From NCBI GenBank assembly GCA_963743305.1, contig CAVUPH010000002.1, forward strand, positions 1 through 64,000: DNA of 64,000 bases. Reading direction: 5' to 3'. Source of the stretch: an uncultured delta proteobacterium (lineage in GTDB: Bacteria; Desulfobacterota; RBG-13-43-22). This document shows positions 18,471 through 29,718 of the stretch, one piece after another. Positions within the stretch are counted from its first letter, which is position 1. Each line of letters starts with the position of its first letter. Below the pieces are notes generated by a model. The model was not told the origin of the DNA. It worked only from the letters and a program-made list of their open reading frames with translations, and ran no database searches. A program made the translations under genes and the position numbers.

Positions 18471-19246
18471 TCGGAAACGTCCTCAAAGGTCCCATGCCTG
18501 CCTGCCCCTTGTCGGAAACGCTCAGCCCCCTTCCCGGTCTCCCCGCTTTGAATGGTCTCCAGGCCCAATCGAAATTCATTTTTCAGAGCCTTTTCCCAAG
18601 TCAGGTTACATTGGTCGTAGGCCGACCGGCGGTCGCTGAGCAGGCAGCGCTGGGGGAAGTGGGCGATCTCCTCGGCCAGGGATTCGGCAGCCTGGCGAGC
18701 CGTTCCGGTTTCCACGACGCGGTTGGCCAAGCCGATCCGCAAGGCCTCTTCGGCCCCGACCGGACGGCCGGTAAGGATCAGGTCCAGTGCCCGGGACAAC
18801 CCAATCAAACGGGGCAGACGGATCGTGCCGCCGTCAATGAGCGGGACCCCCCAGCGACGGCAAAAGACTCCCAGGACGGCATCTCGCTCGACCACCCGGA
18901 GGTCGCACCACAGGGATAATTCGAGTCCCCCGGCGACGGCATACCCGGCCACGGCCGCGATCACCGGCTTGGACAGGGACATCCGGGAGGGACCCATGGG
19001 ACCGTCGCCGTCTTCTTCGAAACGATTGGCCCGGCCTTGGCTGATGGCCTTCAGGTCGGCCCCGGCGCAAAAACAGCCCCCGGCGCCGGTCAGGACCGCC
19101 ACCCGGGCCTCTTCATCCAGCTCAAAGATCCGAAAGGCCTCCGCCAGGGCCTCCGCCGTGGGCCGATCAACGGCGTTGCGCACCTCCGGCCGGTTCAGAA
19201 TAATCGTCGTAATCGGCCCGTTTTTTTCTATCAAAACCACTGCCAT
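18467..19246 (-). CDS. Enoyl-CoA hydratase/isomerase (crotonase family)
   Basis: FCAGADLK, KPVIAAVAGYAVAGGLEL, GVFCRRWGVPLIDGGT. Confidence 0.93.
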   Translation of the reverse strand: MAVVLIEKNGPITTIILNRPEVRNAVDRPTAEALAEAFRIFELDEEARVAVLTGAGGCFCAGADLKAISQGRANRFEEDGDGPMGPSRMSLSKPVIAAVAGYAVAGGLELSLWCDLRVVERDAVLGVFCRRWGVPLIDGGTIRLPRLIGLSRALDLILTGRPVGAEEALRIGLANRVVETGTARQAAESLAEEIAHFPQRCLLSDRRSAYDQCNLTWEKALKNEFRLGLETIQSGETGKGAERFRQGAGRHGTFEDVSD

Positions 19247-19379
19247 GCCTAATGGCCTCTGACGAATTTCGTCTTTTTCGTTTGTTTGGTTTGTTTTGTT
19301 TATTTGGTTATTGGCAAAACCAATACCTGGAAAACCATTTTACCTAGGTGCAGCACGAAAAAAACGAAAAAACCACTTT

Positions 19380-20048
19380 TCAATACGTACCCTTTCCGTG
19401 CTCCAAAAACAGCCTCTCCCCTCTCTTTTCCAACAGGTCCTGTTTTTCTCTCTCTGTTTCTCGGAGGACTATCTTCAGCATCGCGGGATCGTAATAGAAG
19501 ACCCCTTGATCGTTCAAAAAGATGCGCATCCGCGCGGAATCCAATTCATATTGATAGGACAGGATCGTGCCGGTAAATTGACGAAAAAGTCTTCCCTCCG
19601 GGTACAGAGTCTTGAGCCGCTGCGCGGCTTCGGGCAACGTCAAAGGCGCATAGTCTCTAAATAGAAGGACCCGGCCGAAAAACTTTCCTTCCCAGAGGTA
19701 GCCGAACAGACGGCCCAGGCTGGAAGGTCCGGCGCCCTTAGGGATTTCTACCAGGGCCACCAGATCTCCCCTAGGAATTTTAACCGACTGGCGAGGCTGA
19801 ATCTGGAGGTCGATCTCGAACCGTTGCAGGTCCGTCTTCAATTCCCCGCGGGGGTTGACCTTTTCCTGGTACAAACGATTCAAGTCCTCCAGGTTTAGCC
19901 CCCAGCGCAAGGGTGACAGCCCCAGGTCTTCACCAAATCCCATCGCAGGGAAAAGGAGTAGGCCGACAACGATACACACCTGGCAGAGATTCCAGGAACG
20001 ACTTTCTACCCGCCCAAAAACCGCATTTTTCCAGCCACCGAATAGCAT
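19380..20048 (-). CDS. Hypothetical exported protein (paralog of 20081-20701)
   Basis: Hydrophobic N-terminal stretch; shares PLxWG, SLGRxFGYxxEGxFFGRV, PEG, NxxGVxYxDP with its neighbour. Confidence 0.75.
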   Translation of the reverse strand: MLFGGWKNAVFGRVESRSWNLCQVCIVVGLLLFPAMGFGEDLGLSPLRWGLNLEDLNRLYQEKVNPRGELKTDLQRFEIDLQIQPRQSVKIPRGDLVALVEIPKGAGPSSLGRLFGYLWEGKFFGRVLLFRDYAPLTLPEAAQRLKTLYPEGRLFRQFTGTILSYQYELDSARMRIFLNDQGVFYYDPAMLKIVLRETEREKQDLLEKRGERLFLEHGKGTY

Positions 20049-20080
20049 GAATCGCCTTTCAAAATACCCCGGGATAGGGT

Positions 20081-20701
20081 TTATGGGGTCCTAAAAGATT
20101 CACGGGTATCTTCTTGATATTTGGATTCCTTTTCCCCCAAGACCTTCTTTTCTTCACGGACTACCGTTTCTAAGGTCAATGGATCAAAATAATAGACTCC
20201 CTCCTCATTCGTGAAGACATAGAGGTCCTTCCCCCGGTACTCAAAATAGCTGAAGGTCTTCGCGCCGCTTAAGGTGCGAACAACTTTCCCCTCGGGAAAT
20301 TTTTCCTTTAATTTCCGGATGATCTCCTGGAGAGAGGACCAAGGGGTTTGTTTAAATGATTCCACCCGACCAAAGAATCGGCCCTCGTAGGCATAACCGA
20401 AAATCCGACCCAGGCTTTCCGGAGCGGCGGATTTTTTTACCTCAACCAGGGCCGTTATCCGCCCCCCGGAGATTTTAAGGGATTTCAAGGGGGTATAAGG
20501 CAAAACCATACTTGAACGGCTGGGATCTTCCCGTAGAATGACATCATTCGATCCCTCCTCCGATAGGGCCTGACTCAAGTCCCCGAGGGTCATACCCCAA
20601 TGGAGAGGTTCAATCCCGGCAGCCTCCCCGGTCTTTATCCAGGGGCCAGAGATCAAGTAAAGGAAAATAAACAGCCAGAATCCTGATTGAATCTTTTTCA
20701 T
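20081..20701 (-). CDS. Hypothetical exported protein (paralog of 19380-20048)
   Basis: Signal-peptide-like MKKIQSGFWLFIFLYLISG...GEAA; same shared motifs. Confidence 0.75.
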   Translation of the reverse strand: MKKIQSGFWLFIFLYLISGPWIKTGEAAGIEPLHWGMTLGDLSQALSEEGSNDVILREDPSRSSMVLPYTPLKSLKISGGRITALVEVKKSAAPESLGRIFGYAYEGRFFGRVESFKQTPWSSLQEIIRKLKEKFPEGKVVRTLSGAKTFSYFEYRGKDLYVFTNEEGVYYFDPLTLETVVREEKKVLGEKESKYQEDTRESFRTP

Positions 20702-20791
20702 ATTTGTCACCGTAAGTATAAGAATAACTTTTAACTACCTTTCCAGGCTTCGGGGGCGCCAGCTATAGAGTACGTTTTTCTTCGACCGTCC

Positions 20792-21940
20792 TCAACAAAA
20801 AAATAAAGGCAGGCGGTCCGCCAGCAGGTACCCCAAAGGGGTAGGGATCAGCCGGTTTTTTTGACGATTTAATTTCTTGGAAGCCTCCAGCTCGGACAGT
20901 ACGGTTCGGCCGGCCGAGTTTAATTGCAGTTGGTCCACCGCTACCCCTTCCCGGTTTCGGAAGCCCAACAGTAACGATTCCAGGCGCATCTGATCGGGAG
21001 ATAAAATCTCTTCACCGGCAACCGGCTTTTGTCCTCCCCGGAGACGGTCCAGGTATTCCTCCAAGGAAGCCGGGTTCCACCATCGCCGCTGGTTGAGGAA
21101 TGAATGGGCGGAAGGTCCCAGCCCCAAATAAGGGACCTGTTGCCAATACTTCCGGTTGTGCCGGGAAATTCGATTTTCACCCCGGGCGAAGTTCGAAACT
21201 TCATAGTGGAGGTACCCCCGGCTTTCAAGGATTCGGGAGGCTTCCAGATACGATTGGACAAATTCCTCTTCCTCCCACAAGCGGAGCCGGCCCTGGGTTA
21301 CTTCGTTTCCGAAAGGCGTCCCATCTTCCGGGGTCAACTGGTAAACGGAGAGGTGTTCCGGCTGAAAAGAAAGGGCCGAAGTCAACGTATCCTGCCACCG
21401 GCCTCCTGATTGTCCTGGAATCCCGGAAATCAAATCTATCCCCAAATTGTCAAAACCGGCTGACCGGGCGGCCTCGATCGCCCGGACGGCGTCCGGAACC
21501 CCGTGTCGGCGGCCCAGAAAGGTCAGCTCTTCATCGGAGAAGGACTGTACGCCCAGGCTGAGACGGTTGACGCCGGTTTTTCGGAAATCCCGGGCGGTTT
21601 CCCGATCCAGGTCCCCCGGGTTGGCCTCCAGAGTAATCTCACAATCCTCGGAAAGGCAAAACCGGTTTCGAAAGAACTCCAGCAAATCGCTCAGGGCGGG
21701 CGGAGAAAGCAGAGAAGGGGTTCCGCCGCCGAAATAGACGGTATCAAAGGAAGTGAAAAGGCTTCGATAAAGAAGCGCCTCCTTTTTAACCGCCTCCAGC
21801 CAGTCCGGAATCAGGGCCAAGGAGGTCGTGGAATAAAAATGGCAGTAAGGGCACTTGCTGCGGCAAAACGGAACGTGGACGTACAGTCCCGCCGCCCCTG
21901 CGGAGGCTTCTACCTGTTTCGGATATCGCAGCTCCCCCAT
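20792..21940 (-). CDS. hemW: Radical SAM heme chaperone HemW (HemN-like)
   Basis: LYVHVPFCRSKCPYCHF, FGGGTPS, YEVSNFA, HNRKYW; follows lepA. Confidence 0.9.
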   Translation of the reverse strand: MGELRYPKQVEASAGAAGLYVHVPFCRSKCPYCHFYSTTSLALIPDWLEAVKKEALLYRSLFTSFDTVYFGGGTPSLLSPPALSDLLEFFRNRFCLSEDCEITLEANPGDLDRETARDFRKTGVNRLSLGVQSFSDEELTFLGRRHGVPDAVRAIEAARSAGFDNLGIDLISGIPGQSGGRWQDTLTSALSFQPEHLSVYQLTPEDGTPFGNEVTQGRLRLWEEEEFVQSYLEASRILESRGYLHYEVSNFARGENRISRHNRKYWQQVPYLGLGPSAHSFLNQRRWWNPASLEEYLDRLRGGQKPVAGEEILSPDQMRLESLLLGFRNREGVAVDQLQLNSAGRTVLSELEASKKLNRQKNRLIPTPLGYLLADRLPLFFC

Positions 21941-21962
21941 GATCGATCAACCGCGTTTCGTA

Positions 21963-22100
21963 GGAATGATGAAATGATGGAAGAATGGAATAGCCATGAT
22001 CTTTTCAAATTCCGGTTTCGCTTCCATTATTCCATCATTCCATTATTCCTTGCTTTTTTGACTTTGCCTTTCTTCTTCTCCTCTTCACTCTTCCATCTCT
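21963..22100. repeat. Composite short-repeat element (second copy)
   Basis: GGAATGATGAAATGATGGAAGAATGGAAT arm, TTCCATTATTCCATCATTCCATTATTCC arm, pyrimidine heptamer tract. Confidence 0.65.
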
Positions 22101-23896
22101 CAATCGGTATCGCTCTTCAGGACCGCCACGAAGGCGCCCTGGGGAATTTCCACGGCTCCCACCATCTTCATCCTTTTTTTGCCGGCCTTCTGTTTTTCCA
22201 GGAGCTTTCTTTTCCGGGTGATATCCCCCCCGTAGCATTTGGCCGTCACGTCTTTCCGGAAGGCGGAGACGGTGGACCGGGCAATAATCGTGCCTCCGAT
22301 GGCCCCTTGGATGGCGATCTTAAACATTTGTTTGGGGATCTCCTCCTTGAGACGATCACAGATTTGCACGGCCCGGATCCGGGCCCGGTCTTTATGGACC
22401 ATCAGCGACAGGGCGTCCACCTTCAGGCCGTTGACCAGAATATCCAATTTGACCAGGTCGCTCGGCCTGAAATCGAGAAAGTCATAATCAAAGGAGCCGT
22501 AGCCCCGGGTCTGGCTTTTCAGCTTGTCATAAAAATCGTAGATGACCTCGGCCAGGGGCAGGTCCACCAGGATTTCCACGCGACCCGGAGTGGGATAATT
22601 AAAATGGGGGGTTTCCCCTCGCCGCTCTCGGCAGAGGCCCATGATGCTCCCCATATAGGTGTCCGGGATCAGGATACTGGCCCGGATATAGGGTTCCTCG
22701 GAGAGGGCAATGTTCATGGGGTCCGGATAATACTGGGGGTTGTCGACCAGCAGCGTCTCCCCGCTTTTGAGGGTGTAGCGATACTGGACGCTGGGCACGG
22801 TCATGATGATGTTCTGGCCATACTCCCGCTCCAACCGTTCCTGCACGATTTCCAGGTGCAACAACCCCAAAAAACCGCAGCGAAACCCTTGGCCCAGGGC
22901 GGCCGAGGAATCTTTTTCATAAATCAGGGCCGCGTCGTTCAGCTTGTATTTTTCCAGGGCCTCGGCCAGAGACTGATAGTCTTCGGAGGAGATCGGATAG
23001 ACCGAGGAAAAGACCACGGGCTTCACCTCCTTGAAGCCCGGAAGCGGGGCCGGCGCGGGACGGGCCTCCAGGGTGATCGTATCGCCGATCCGGGTATCGC
23101 TGACGGTTTTGATTCCGGCGATAAGGTACCCCACCTCGCCGGCGGAGAGATGAGGCCGCGGCTCCCGAGGCAGGCGAAAGATCCCCGTTTCTTCCACCTG
23201 ATAGGCCGCCCCGTTATACATGAGTCGTATGACCTGGCCGGGTTTGACCTCCCCGTCGAAGACCCGGCAGCTCACGATGGTCCCCCGGAAGGGATCGTAA
23301 TGGGCGTCGAAGATCAAGGCGCTCAAGGGCGCTTCCGGGCTCCCCTGGGGCGGCGGAATACGCTCCACTATGGCTTCCAGCATCTCCCGGATACCGATCC
23401 CTTCCTTAGCCGAGCAGAGCAGGGCCTGGTCGGAATCCAGACCCAGGTCGATCTCGATCTGCTCTTTCACCCGCTCGATATCGGCCGAGGGCAGATCGAT
23501 CTTATTGATCACCGGGATGATGGTTAGATCCTGCTCCAGGGCCGCGTACATATTGGCCAGGGTCTGGGCCTGGACTCCCTGGGCGGCATCGATCAGCAGC
23601 AGCACCCCTTCGCAAGAAGCCAAAGCCCGGGAAACTTCATAGGAAAAATCCACATGACCGGGAGTGTCAATCAGGTTGAGGATATATTCCTCCCCTTTCA
23701 GACTGGTATAGGGCAGGCTGACGGTCTGGCTCTTGATGGTGATCCCCCGCTCCCGCTCAATATCCATGGTGTCCAGGATCTGATCCCGGAACTGGCGGGC
23801 TTCCACCAGACCGGCATACTGGATCAAGCGGTCGGCCAGGGTGGACTTGCCGTGGTCAATGTGGGCGATGATGCTGAAGTTGCGTATGTTTTTCAT
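22100..23896 (-). CDS. lepA: Translation elongation factor 4 (LepA)
   Basis: [49 protein letters not shown]. Confidence 0.97.
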   Translation of the reverse strand: MKNIRNFSIIAHIDHGKSTLADRLIQYAGLVEARQFRDQILDTMDIERERGITIKSQTVSLPYTSLKGEEYILNLIDTPGHVDFSYEVSRALASCEGVLLLIDAAQGVQAQTLANMYAALEQDLTIIPVINKIDLPSADIERVKEQIEIDLGLDSDQALLCSAKEGIGIREMLEAIVERIPPPQGSPEAPLSALIFDAHYDPFRGTIVSCRVFDGEVKPGQVIRLMYNGAAYQVEETGIFRLPREPRPHLSAGEVGYLIAGIKTVSDTRIGDTITLEARPAPAPLPGFKEVKPVVFSSVYPISSEDYQSLAEALEKYKLNDAALIYEKDSSAALGQGFRCGFLGLLHLEIVQERLEREYGQNIIMTVPSVQYRYTLKSGETLLVDNPQYYPDPMNIALSEEPYIRASILIPDTYMGSIMGLCRERRGETPHFNYPTPGRVEILVDLPLAEVIYDFYDKLKSQTRGYGSFDYDFLDFRPSDLVKLDILVNGLKVDALSLMVHKDRARIRAVQICDRLKEEIPKQMFKIAIQGAIGGTIIARSTVSAFRKDVTAKCYGGDITRKRKLLEKQKAGKKRMKMVGAVEIPQGAFVAVLKSDTD

Positions 23897-23974
23897 AGAA
23901 TCCGTTTTGGGGGATTGGGAATGATGGAAAATTGGAATAATGGGATAATGAAAAAACCGATTAAGGCAATACAA

Positions 23975-24056
23975 CCGTTCGCCCTGAGCTGCGAGCCTGT
24001 CGAGCAGTCGAAGGGTAAACGATACGTCCATGCTTCGACAGGCTCAGCATGAACGG
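23975..24056. repeat. REP-like palindromic element CCGTTCGCCCTGAGC...GTCGAAG / CTTCGACAGGCTCAGCATGAACGG
   Basis: Imperfect long inverted repeat with an internal partial duplication (GAGCCTGTCGA). Confidence 0.75.
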
Positions 24057-24115
24057 AGATATCCGCAGCATTGTACGGCTTATTTCTTGACGGGTTCTTA
24101 TTCCCCCCGGAGCAG

Positions 24116-24570
24116 TCATTCTCCGTCCGGACTGAGCAGTTTGAATCCTAACCGGGGATCCAATTTTCGAATGGCCGGGGTGTCGGTCAGCTCAAACAAA
24201 ATGACTTCGCCGATGATGCCAGATCTTCACCCCGCTCCGGACGCAGCCGGTCACCGTGGCCTCCTCCCGCCCGGCGGCGATATGCAGGTGCAACACCGAT
24301 TTCCCTTCCTCATCCGGGAAAAGTGTTCCGGTCGCCGGCAATTTCATGGACGCCGCCCAGGACATGGGTCATTGGATTCACCGGCAGGCCCCTGCCCTTT
24401 TCCGGCCCCACTACCAGTTTGCTCCCTTCATCGGCGCCGCCCACAATGACCAGCGCCCCCGCCCGGATCCCCTGCTCCTCGGCGAATCGCTCGATCGTTT
24501 CGTGCAGGATCTCCCCGTCTTCCAGCCGGATAACAAAAATACGGCCCATTTGAGCTGTTGAATAGCGCAT
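24116..24570 (-). pseudogene. PPC/DUF296 domain protein with two single-base insertions
   Basis: GRIFVIRLEDGE..., HEIAG then TGTLFPDEEG..LHLHIA..TVTGCVR, then GEVILFEL...GFKLL, across three frames. Confidence 0.75.
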
Positions 24571-24578
24571 AGTCTCCT

Positions 24579-25326
24579 TTATGACTTCTTCCTATTTAAA
24601 AGCTTCCGCCCCTCATACAAATAAGTAATCCCCCCGGTTAAGGGGAACTTTTTCCCCTCCGAGAAAGGGGCCTGCTGTATCTCCCGGACAAAATCATCCG
24701 GATAGGGAAAGTGCATGATCGATTCGGCCAGGTACTGGTAGGCTTCCGGGTTTTTGGTAAAAAGCCGGGCCAGACGAGGCAGGAGCCGGTTCAGGTAAAA
24801 AAAATACAGTTTACGGAAAACCTTGCCCTGGGGAGTGGTAAACTCCAGGATGGACAGGCCGCCGCCGGGGACCAGGACCCGCCTTATTTCCTGGAGTACC
24901 CGGGCGCGATCCGGCATGTTGCGGATGCCGAAGGCCACGGTGACGGCGTCAAAGTGTTCATCGGGAAAAGGCAGATTCAGGGCGTCCCCCTGGAGGAGTC
25001 TGATGCGCTCGGACAGCCCCGGATGCCGACCTTCAGGCCGGGCCGCCTCCAGCATGGGTACCGGCGAAAGTCCAGCCCCGCAATACCTGAATGCGGGGAT
25101 GGATTCGCGCGGCCTCAATGGCCACATCGCCGGTCCCGGTGGCCAGGTCCAGCAGGCGCCGGGTCCGGAAAAAGCGAAGTCGCCGGACCATAAACCGTCG
25201 CCAGGAGATGTCCCGCCCGGCGCTCAGAAAGTGATTAAGAAAATCGTAGCGGTCGGTGATGCTGGAGAAAATCCGGCGGACCTGGCGGATACGGGCTTCG
25301 TCCGGGGCATCGGCTGCGGGTTCCAT
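24579..25326 (-). pseudogene. ubiE: UbiE/MenG-family methyltransferase, frameshifted near 25060-25090
   Basis: FSSITDRYDFLNHFLS, LLDLATGTGDVA in one frame; GDALNLPFPDEHFDAVTVAFGIRN, AYQYLAESI in another. Confidence 0.8.
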
Positions 25327-25349
25327 GGGAAGGGTTACTGATAAAAATA

Positions 25350-25499
25350 AACGTCCAACATCGAAAGTCGAACAGCGAACAGCGAATAGGCAATAGAAAA
25401 GGAGGAAGAAATCCCGCCGAAGGGGGACCGAGTTTTCGGTTGTTGATTTATGGCCTTTTCATTCAATGTTGGACGTTCGATGTTCGATGTTTGATGTTC
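25350..25499. repeat. Inverted heptamer-array element (AACATCG/TTCGATG units)
   Basis: AACGTCCAACATCGAA...TTCAATGTTGGACGTTCGATGTTCGATGTTTGATGTTC; related copy at 63639-63712. Confidence 0.7.
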
Positions 25500-25550
25500 A
25501 ATTTTCGAGTTGGCCACGGGTCGCTCCGAGGATCCGGCGTGGCGACCCAA

Positions 25551-26021
25551 TTACTCGGACTTTACGGCCTCTTCTTTGGGTTCTTTATCCCGGGAAATGA
25601 GGCCTTTGACTTTGTCCATGGCCTCCTGAGCCTTCCCTTTTTTCTTTTTGGTCTTCTGTTCCTCTTTCCGTCCGACCAATTCAATCACCGAAATCAGAGC
25701 GGCGTCCCCCAGGCGATAGCGCAGTTTGCTGATTTTGGTGTAGCCGCCGTTACGATCCAGATAACGATTCTTGATTTCATCAAACAGTTTATGAACCACG
25801 TCCTTGTCCCGGATAAAGGCTAGAGCCTGGCGCCGGGCATGGAGATCCCCCTTCTTAGCCAGGGTAATCATTTTTTCCGCTTCCAGGCGAAGTTCTTTGG
25901 CCTTGGCCGACGTGGTTTCGATGCGCTCATGCTCAATGAGCGAGGTCACCATATTACGCATCATGGCCAACCGGTGACTGCTGGTTCGACCCAATTTTCT
26001 TCCGGCACAATTATGTCGCAT
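25551..26021 (-). CDS. rplQ: 50S ribosomal protein L17
   Basis: [25 protein letters not shown]; charged C-terminal tail. Confidence 0.96.
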   Translation of the reverse strand: MRHNCAGRKLGRTSSHRLAMMRNMVTSLIEHERIETTSAKAKELRLEAEKMITLAKKGDLHARRQALAFIRDKDVVHKLFDEIKNRYLDRNGGYTKISKLRYRLGDAALISVIELVGRKEEQKTKKKKGKAQEAMDKVKGLISRDKEPKEEAVKSE

Positions 26022-27027
26022 GTTCTTCTTCCTTGATCTCTTCAACGGATGGAGGCATAAAGCCATCAATTTTTATGCCCAAATTCAGCCCCATTTCTTC
26101 CAGGATGGCCTTGATCTCATTTAAGGATTTGCGTCCGAAATTCTTGGTTTTCAGCATCTCGGATTCCGTTTTCTGGACCAATTCCCAAATAAACCGAATA
26201 TGGGCATTTTTTAAGCAATTCGCCGAACGAACCGAAAGCTCCAATTCCTCGACACTCTTGTATAAATTGGAGTTGATCTGCTCCTCCGCGGGCTTTTCAT
26301 CCTCGCCGGTCGGTTCTTCTTTTTCCTCTTCAAAATTGATAAAGATACTCAACTGTTCTTTGAGAATTTTGGCGGCTACCGCGATAGCGTCTTCCGGGGT
26401 GATACTGCCGTCGGTCCAGATCTCCATGGTCAGTTTATCATAATCGGTTATCTGCCCGACACGGGCGTTACTGACCACATAATTCACTTTGACGATCGGT
26501 GAAAAGGCGGCGTCCAGAAAAATCGTCCCCACCGGGGCATCTTCCGTCTTATTCCGCTCGGACGGAACATAGCCCTTACCCGGTCGGACCTGCATCTCGG
26601 CCTTGAATTGTCCGTCGATCGACAGGGTGGCAATGTGCTGCTCGGGATTTAAAATCTCCACCTGAGGATCGGTCAGGATATCCTTGGCCTTGACCAAACC
26701 CTCGCCGCTCTTATTGATTTTAATCGTCCGCGGCTCTTCGCCCCGCAGCCGGCAACGCACTTCTTTGAGATTTAAAAGAATATCGGTTACATCCTCCACC
26801 ACCCCGGGGATGGTGGAAAACTCATGCAAAACGCCTTCGATTTTAGCCGAGACGATGGCCGCCCCCTGGAGTGACGAGATCAACACCCGCCGCAGGGAAT
26901 TCCCGATAGTCACCCCATATCCCCGTTCCAGGGGTTCGCAGACAAACTTGCCGTAGAACCGGCTATGGTCGTCGGGATCCACTTCCAGCTTTTTTGGCCT
27001 TATCAATTCTCTCCAGTTACGCTGCAT
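26011..27027 (-). CDS. rpoA: RNA polymerase alpha subunit
   Basis: [29 protein letters not shown]. Confidence 0.98.
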   Translation of the reverse strand: MQRNWRELIRPKKLEVDPDDHSRFYGKFVCEPLERGYGVTIGNSLRRVLISSLQGAAIVSAKIEGVLHEFSTIPGVVEDVTDILLNLKEVRCRLRGEEPRTIKINKSGEGLVKAKDILTDPQVEILNPEQHIATLSIDGQFKAEMQVRPGKGYVPSERNKTEDAPVGTIFLDAAFSPIVKVNYVVSNARVGQITDYDKLTMEIWTDGSITPEDAIAVAAKILKEQLSIFINFEEEKEEPTGEDEKPAEEQINSNLYKSVEELELSVRSANCLKNAHIRFIWELVQKTESEMLKTKNFGRKSLNEIKAILEEMGLNLGIKIDGFMPPSVEEIKEEEHAT

Positions 27028-27109
27028 TGCTTCTCCTTATTCCCTCTCGGGTAAGGTTAGATTCTTATATCCATTGTTCTGATAATTTATCAAATATTTT
27101 TGGCTAAAA

Positions 27110-27736
27110 CTATTTGGAATAGAGTTCGACAATCAATTGCTCTTGCATGGGTGAGGTTAATTCTTCCCGCTCCGGGTACGATTTAACCGTGCCGGCAAAA
27201 CCGGCTTTATCCAATTCCAGCCACTGGGGAACCCCTCTACGGGCCACCGCTTCCATGGATTCCAGAATTGAAGCGATCCCCCGGCTTTTTTCCCTGACCG
27301 TTATGGTATCGCCCACCCGGATCTGGAAAGAAGGGATATCGGTCTTTCGACCGTTGACCAGGAAATGCTGGTGTCGAACCAATTGGCGGGCTTGATTTCG
27401 AGAATTGCTGAACCCCAAGCGATAAATGGCGTTGTCCAGTCTGCGTTCCAAAAGGACCAACAGGTTGGTTCCGGTAATGCCCTTCATCCGCTCCGCATGT
27501 TTAAAGGTTCCCCGGAATTGATTTTCCAGGAGCCCGTACATCCACTTGACCTTTTGTTTTTCCCGCAACTGAACGGCATATTCGGAGTGTTTGGTCCGGC
27601 CCTGGCCATGCTGCCCGGGCGGATAGTTCCGTCGATCGATGGCGCACTTGTCGGAATAACAACGGTCCCCTTTCAGAAACATCTTCATGTTTTCTCTGCG
27701 GCATAACCGACAGACTGAATCCCTATATCTGGCCAA
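27110..27736 (-). CDS. rpsD: 30S ribosomal protein S4
   Basis: CRLCRRE, PPGQHG, LERRLDN; TTG start. Confidence 0.98.
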   Translation of the reverse strand: MARYRDSVCRLCRRENMKMFLKGDRCYSDKCAIDRRNYPPGQHGQGRTKHSEYAVQLREKQKVKWMYGLLENQFRGTFKHAERMKGITGTNLLVLLERRLDNAIYRLGFSNSRNQARQLVRHQHFLVNGRKTDIPSFQIRVGDTITVREKSRGIASILESMEAVARRGVPQWLELDKAGFAGTVKSYPEREELTSPMQEQLIVELYSK

Positions 27737-27775
27737 CCTTTTCCTCCTTAAGGCTTATTCGATTCATACTACTGG

Positions 27776-28171
27776 TTACACCCGCCGGCGTTTGGGCGGA
27801 CGGCATCCGTTATGGGGGATGGGGGTCACATCGCGAATCAGTTGAACCGTGAAACCGGCGGCCTGCAGTGCCCGCAAAGCCGCTTCCCGGCCCGCGCCCG
27901 GTCCCTTCACAAAAACGTCGATGGTTCGCATTCCATGCTCCATGGCCCTTTTGGCCGCATCTTCCGCCGCCAACTGTGCCGCAAAGGGGGTGCTTTTGCG
28001 GGAGCCTTTGAAGCCTTTCGTCCCGGCACTGGCCCAAGATACCACGTTGCCCATCGGATCGGTAATGGTCACGATGGTATTATTAAAGGTGGATTGGATA
28101 TGGGCGATGCCCATGGGGATGTTCTTTTTCTCTTTTTTCTTTTTAGTGGTCTTTTTGACTTCCTTGGCCAT
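27776..28171 (-). CDS. rpsK: 30S ribosomal protein S11
   Basis: [31 protein letters not shown]. Confidence 0.98.
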   Translation of the reverse strand: MAKEVKKTTKKKKEKKNIPMGIAHIQSTFNNTIVTITDPMGNVVSWASAGTKGFKGSRKSTPFAAQLAAEDAAKRAMEHGMRTIDVFVKGPGAGREAALRALQAAGFTVQLIRDVTPIPHNGCRPPKRRRV

Positions 28172-28187
28172 GCGGTTCCCCCGATCG

Positions 28188-28559
28188 TTATTTCTTCTTT
28201 TTGCCCGCTAAGGTTCGGCGCGGGCCCTTGCGTGTCCGGGCGTTGGTATGGGTCCTTTGTCCGTTCACGGGCAGGGATTTCCGGTGCCTCAGCCCCCGGT
28301 AGGTCCCTAAATCCATCAGCCGTTTGATGCTCATGGAAACTTCCCGGCGCAGATCGCCCTCCACCTGATAGTCCGCATCCACCACCTTGCGGATGCTGGT
28401 CACCTGGGCTTCCGATAGCCGGTCGGTTTTGATATCCGGCGACACCTGCGCTGCGGTTAATATTTTACGTGAAACGGATCGGCCTATCCCGTAGATGTAG
28501 GTCAAGGCCACTTCGATCCTCTTATTTTTAGGCAAATCAATTCCGGCTATTCTGGCCAA
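28188..28559 (-). CDS. rpsM: 30S ribosomal protein S13
   Basis: [22 protein letters not shown]. Confidence 0.98.
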   Translation of the reverse strand: MARIAGIDLPKNKRIEVALTYIYGIGRSVSRKILTAAQVSPDIKTDRLSEAQVTSIRKVVDADYQVEGDLRREVSMSIKRLMDLGTYRGLRHRKSLPVNGQRTHTNARTRKGPRRTLAGKKKK

Positions 28560-28573
28560 TTGGCTTTCCCCCT

Positions 28574-28687
28574 TTATCCTTGGCGCTGCTTATGTTTGGG
28601 ATTCTCGCAAATCACCCGGACCACGCCTTTACGCTGGATGATCTTGCATTTGGAGCAGATTTTCTTAACGGACGCTTTAACCTTCAT
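28574..28687 (-). CDS. rpmJ: 50S ribosomal protein L36 (Zn-ribbon type)
   Basis: Manual translation [37 protein letters not shown]. Confidence 0.96.
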   Translation of the reverse strand: MKVKASVKKICSKCKIIQRKGVVRVICENPKHKQRQG

Positions 28688-28714
28688 GTTTTCCTCGTGG
28701 GTGGCTGGGTTAGG

Positions 28715-28933
28715 TTATTTAGAGCGGTAGATAATCCGCCCCCGATTGAAATCATAGGGGGAAACCCCGACGGTGACTTTATCCCCCGGAAGAATCTTGA
28801 TAAAATGCATGCGCATCTTCCCCGAGATGTGGGCCAGAAGCCGGTGTCCGTTGGGCAATTCCACCCGGAACATGGCGTTCGGCAGGGTTTCGACTACCGT
28901 ACCCTCAACTTCGATGGCCTCTTCTTTTGCCAT
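28715..28933 (-). CDS. infA: Translation initiation factor IF-1
   Basis: [26 protein letters not shown]. Confidence 0.98.
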   Translation of the reverse strand: MAKEEAIEVEGTVVETLPNAMFRVELPNGHRLLAHISGKMRMHFIKILPGDKVTVGVSPYDFNRGRIIYRSK

Positions 28934-28941
28934 AAATCCCT

Positions 28942-29709
28942 TTAAAAAAGTCGGTTCTGGGAACCGGACTCACTTAAGATCCGGCAGCCGTTTTCGGTTA
29001 CGGCCACCGTGTGCTCAAAATGAGCCGACAAGCTGCGATCTTTGGTCACCGCAGTCCAGCCGTCGGAAAGGATCTCCACCTCGGATCCGCCAGCGTTGAC
29101 CATGGGTTCTATGGCCAGGACCATCCCCGGCTTTAAAACCGGTCCTCGACCCGCAACACCGAAATTCGGAATTTGAGGATCTTCGTGAAGGGCCTTCCCG
29201 ATCCCGTGCCCCACAAAATGACGGACCACGGAAAACCCCTGGTTTTCCACATGCGTCTGAATGGCCGCCGAGACATCGCCTAAACGATTTCCGGCTTTAA
29301 CCTGTTCCAAGCCCAGAAACAGGGACTCCCGAGTGACCCGAATAAGATTCTCGGTCAGCGGGGGTACTCCCCCGATGGCCTCGGTCAAGGCCGCATCCCC
29401 GTAATAGCCCTCGCAACATACTCCGAAATCGATGCTGACAATATCCCCGGAGGCCAATTTACGGCCCGAGGGAAAGCCATGAACCACCTCTTCGTTTACG
29501 GATACACATAAACTATAAGGATACCCGTGATACCCTTTAAAAGCCGGGGTCACCTTTTTTTTCAGACAGTGCCGGTGTGCCAGTTCGTCCAATTCTTGGG
29601 TAGTCACCCCCGGAACCAATCGTTCTTTCACGGCCTGTAGTATTTCGGCCACCACTCTCCCGGCCACGGATAATCGTTCCAGTTCCCAGGGAGATCTGAT
29701 GACAATCAT
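28942..29709 (-). CDS. map: Methionine aminopeptidase type I
   Basis: [33 protein letters not shown]. Confidence 0.97.
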   Translation of the reverse strand: MIVIRSPWELERLSVAGRVVAEILQAVKERLVPGVTTQELDELAHRHCLKKKVTPAFKGYHGYPYSLCVSVNEEVVHGFPSGRKLASGDIVSIDFGVCCEGYYGDAALTEAIGGVPPLTENLIRVTRESLFLGLEQVKAGNRLGDVSAAIQTHVENQGFSVVRHFVGHGIGKALHEDPQIPNFGVAGRGPVLKPGMVLAIEPMVNAGGSEVEILSDGWTAVTKDRSLSAHFEHTVAVTENGCRILSESGSQNRLF

Positions 29710-29718
29710 ACCCAGCCT

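Noticed and set aside
21503-23527. 674-aa plus-strand ORF and the many other long plus-strand ORFs opposite secY, rpoB, rpoC, tuf and tldD
   Set aside because: Antisense shadows of GC-rich conserved genes; no recognisable motifs.
23897-24031. 45-aa N-terminal extension of LepA in the ORF track
   Set aside because: It reads through the REP palindrome and octamer repeats; the conserved start is MKNIRNF at 23896.
25350-25499. Short periodic repeats here and at 14511, 21963 and 63639 considered as CRISPR arrays
   Set aside because: Units are 7-8 bp tandem or inverted with no unique spacers; no cas genes in the window.
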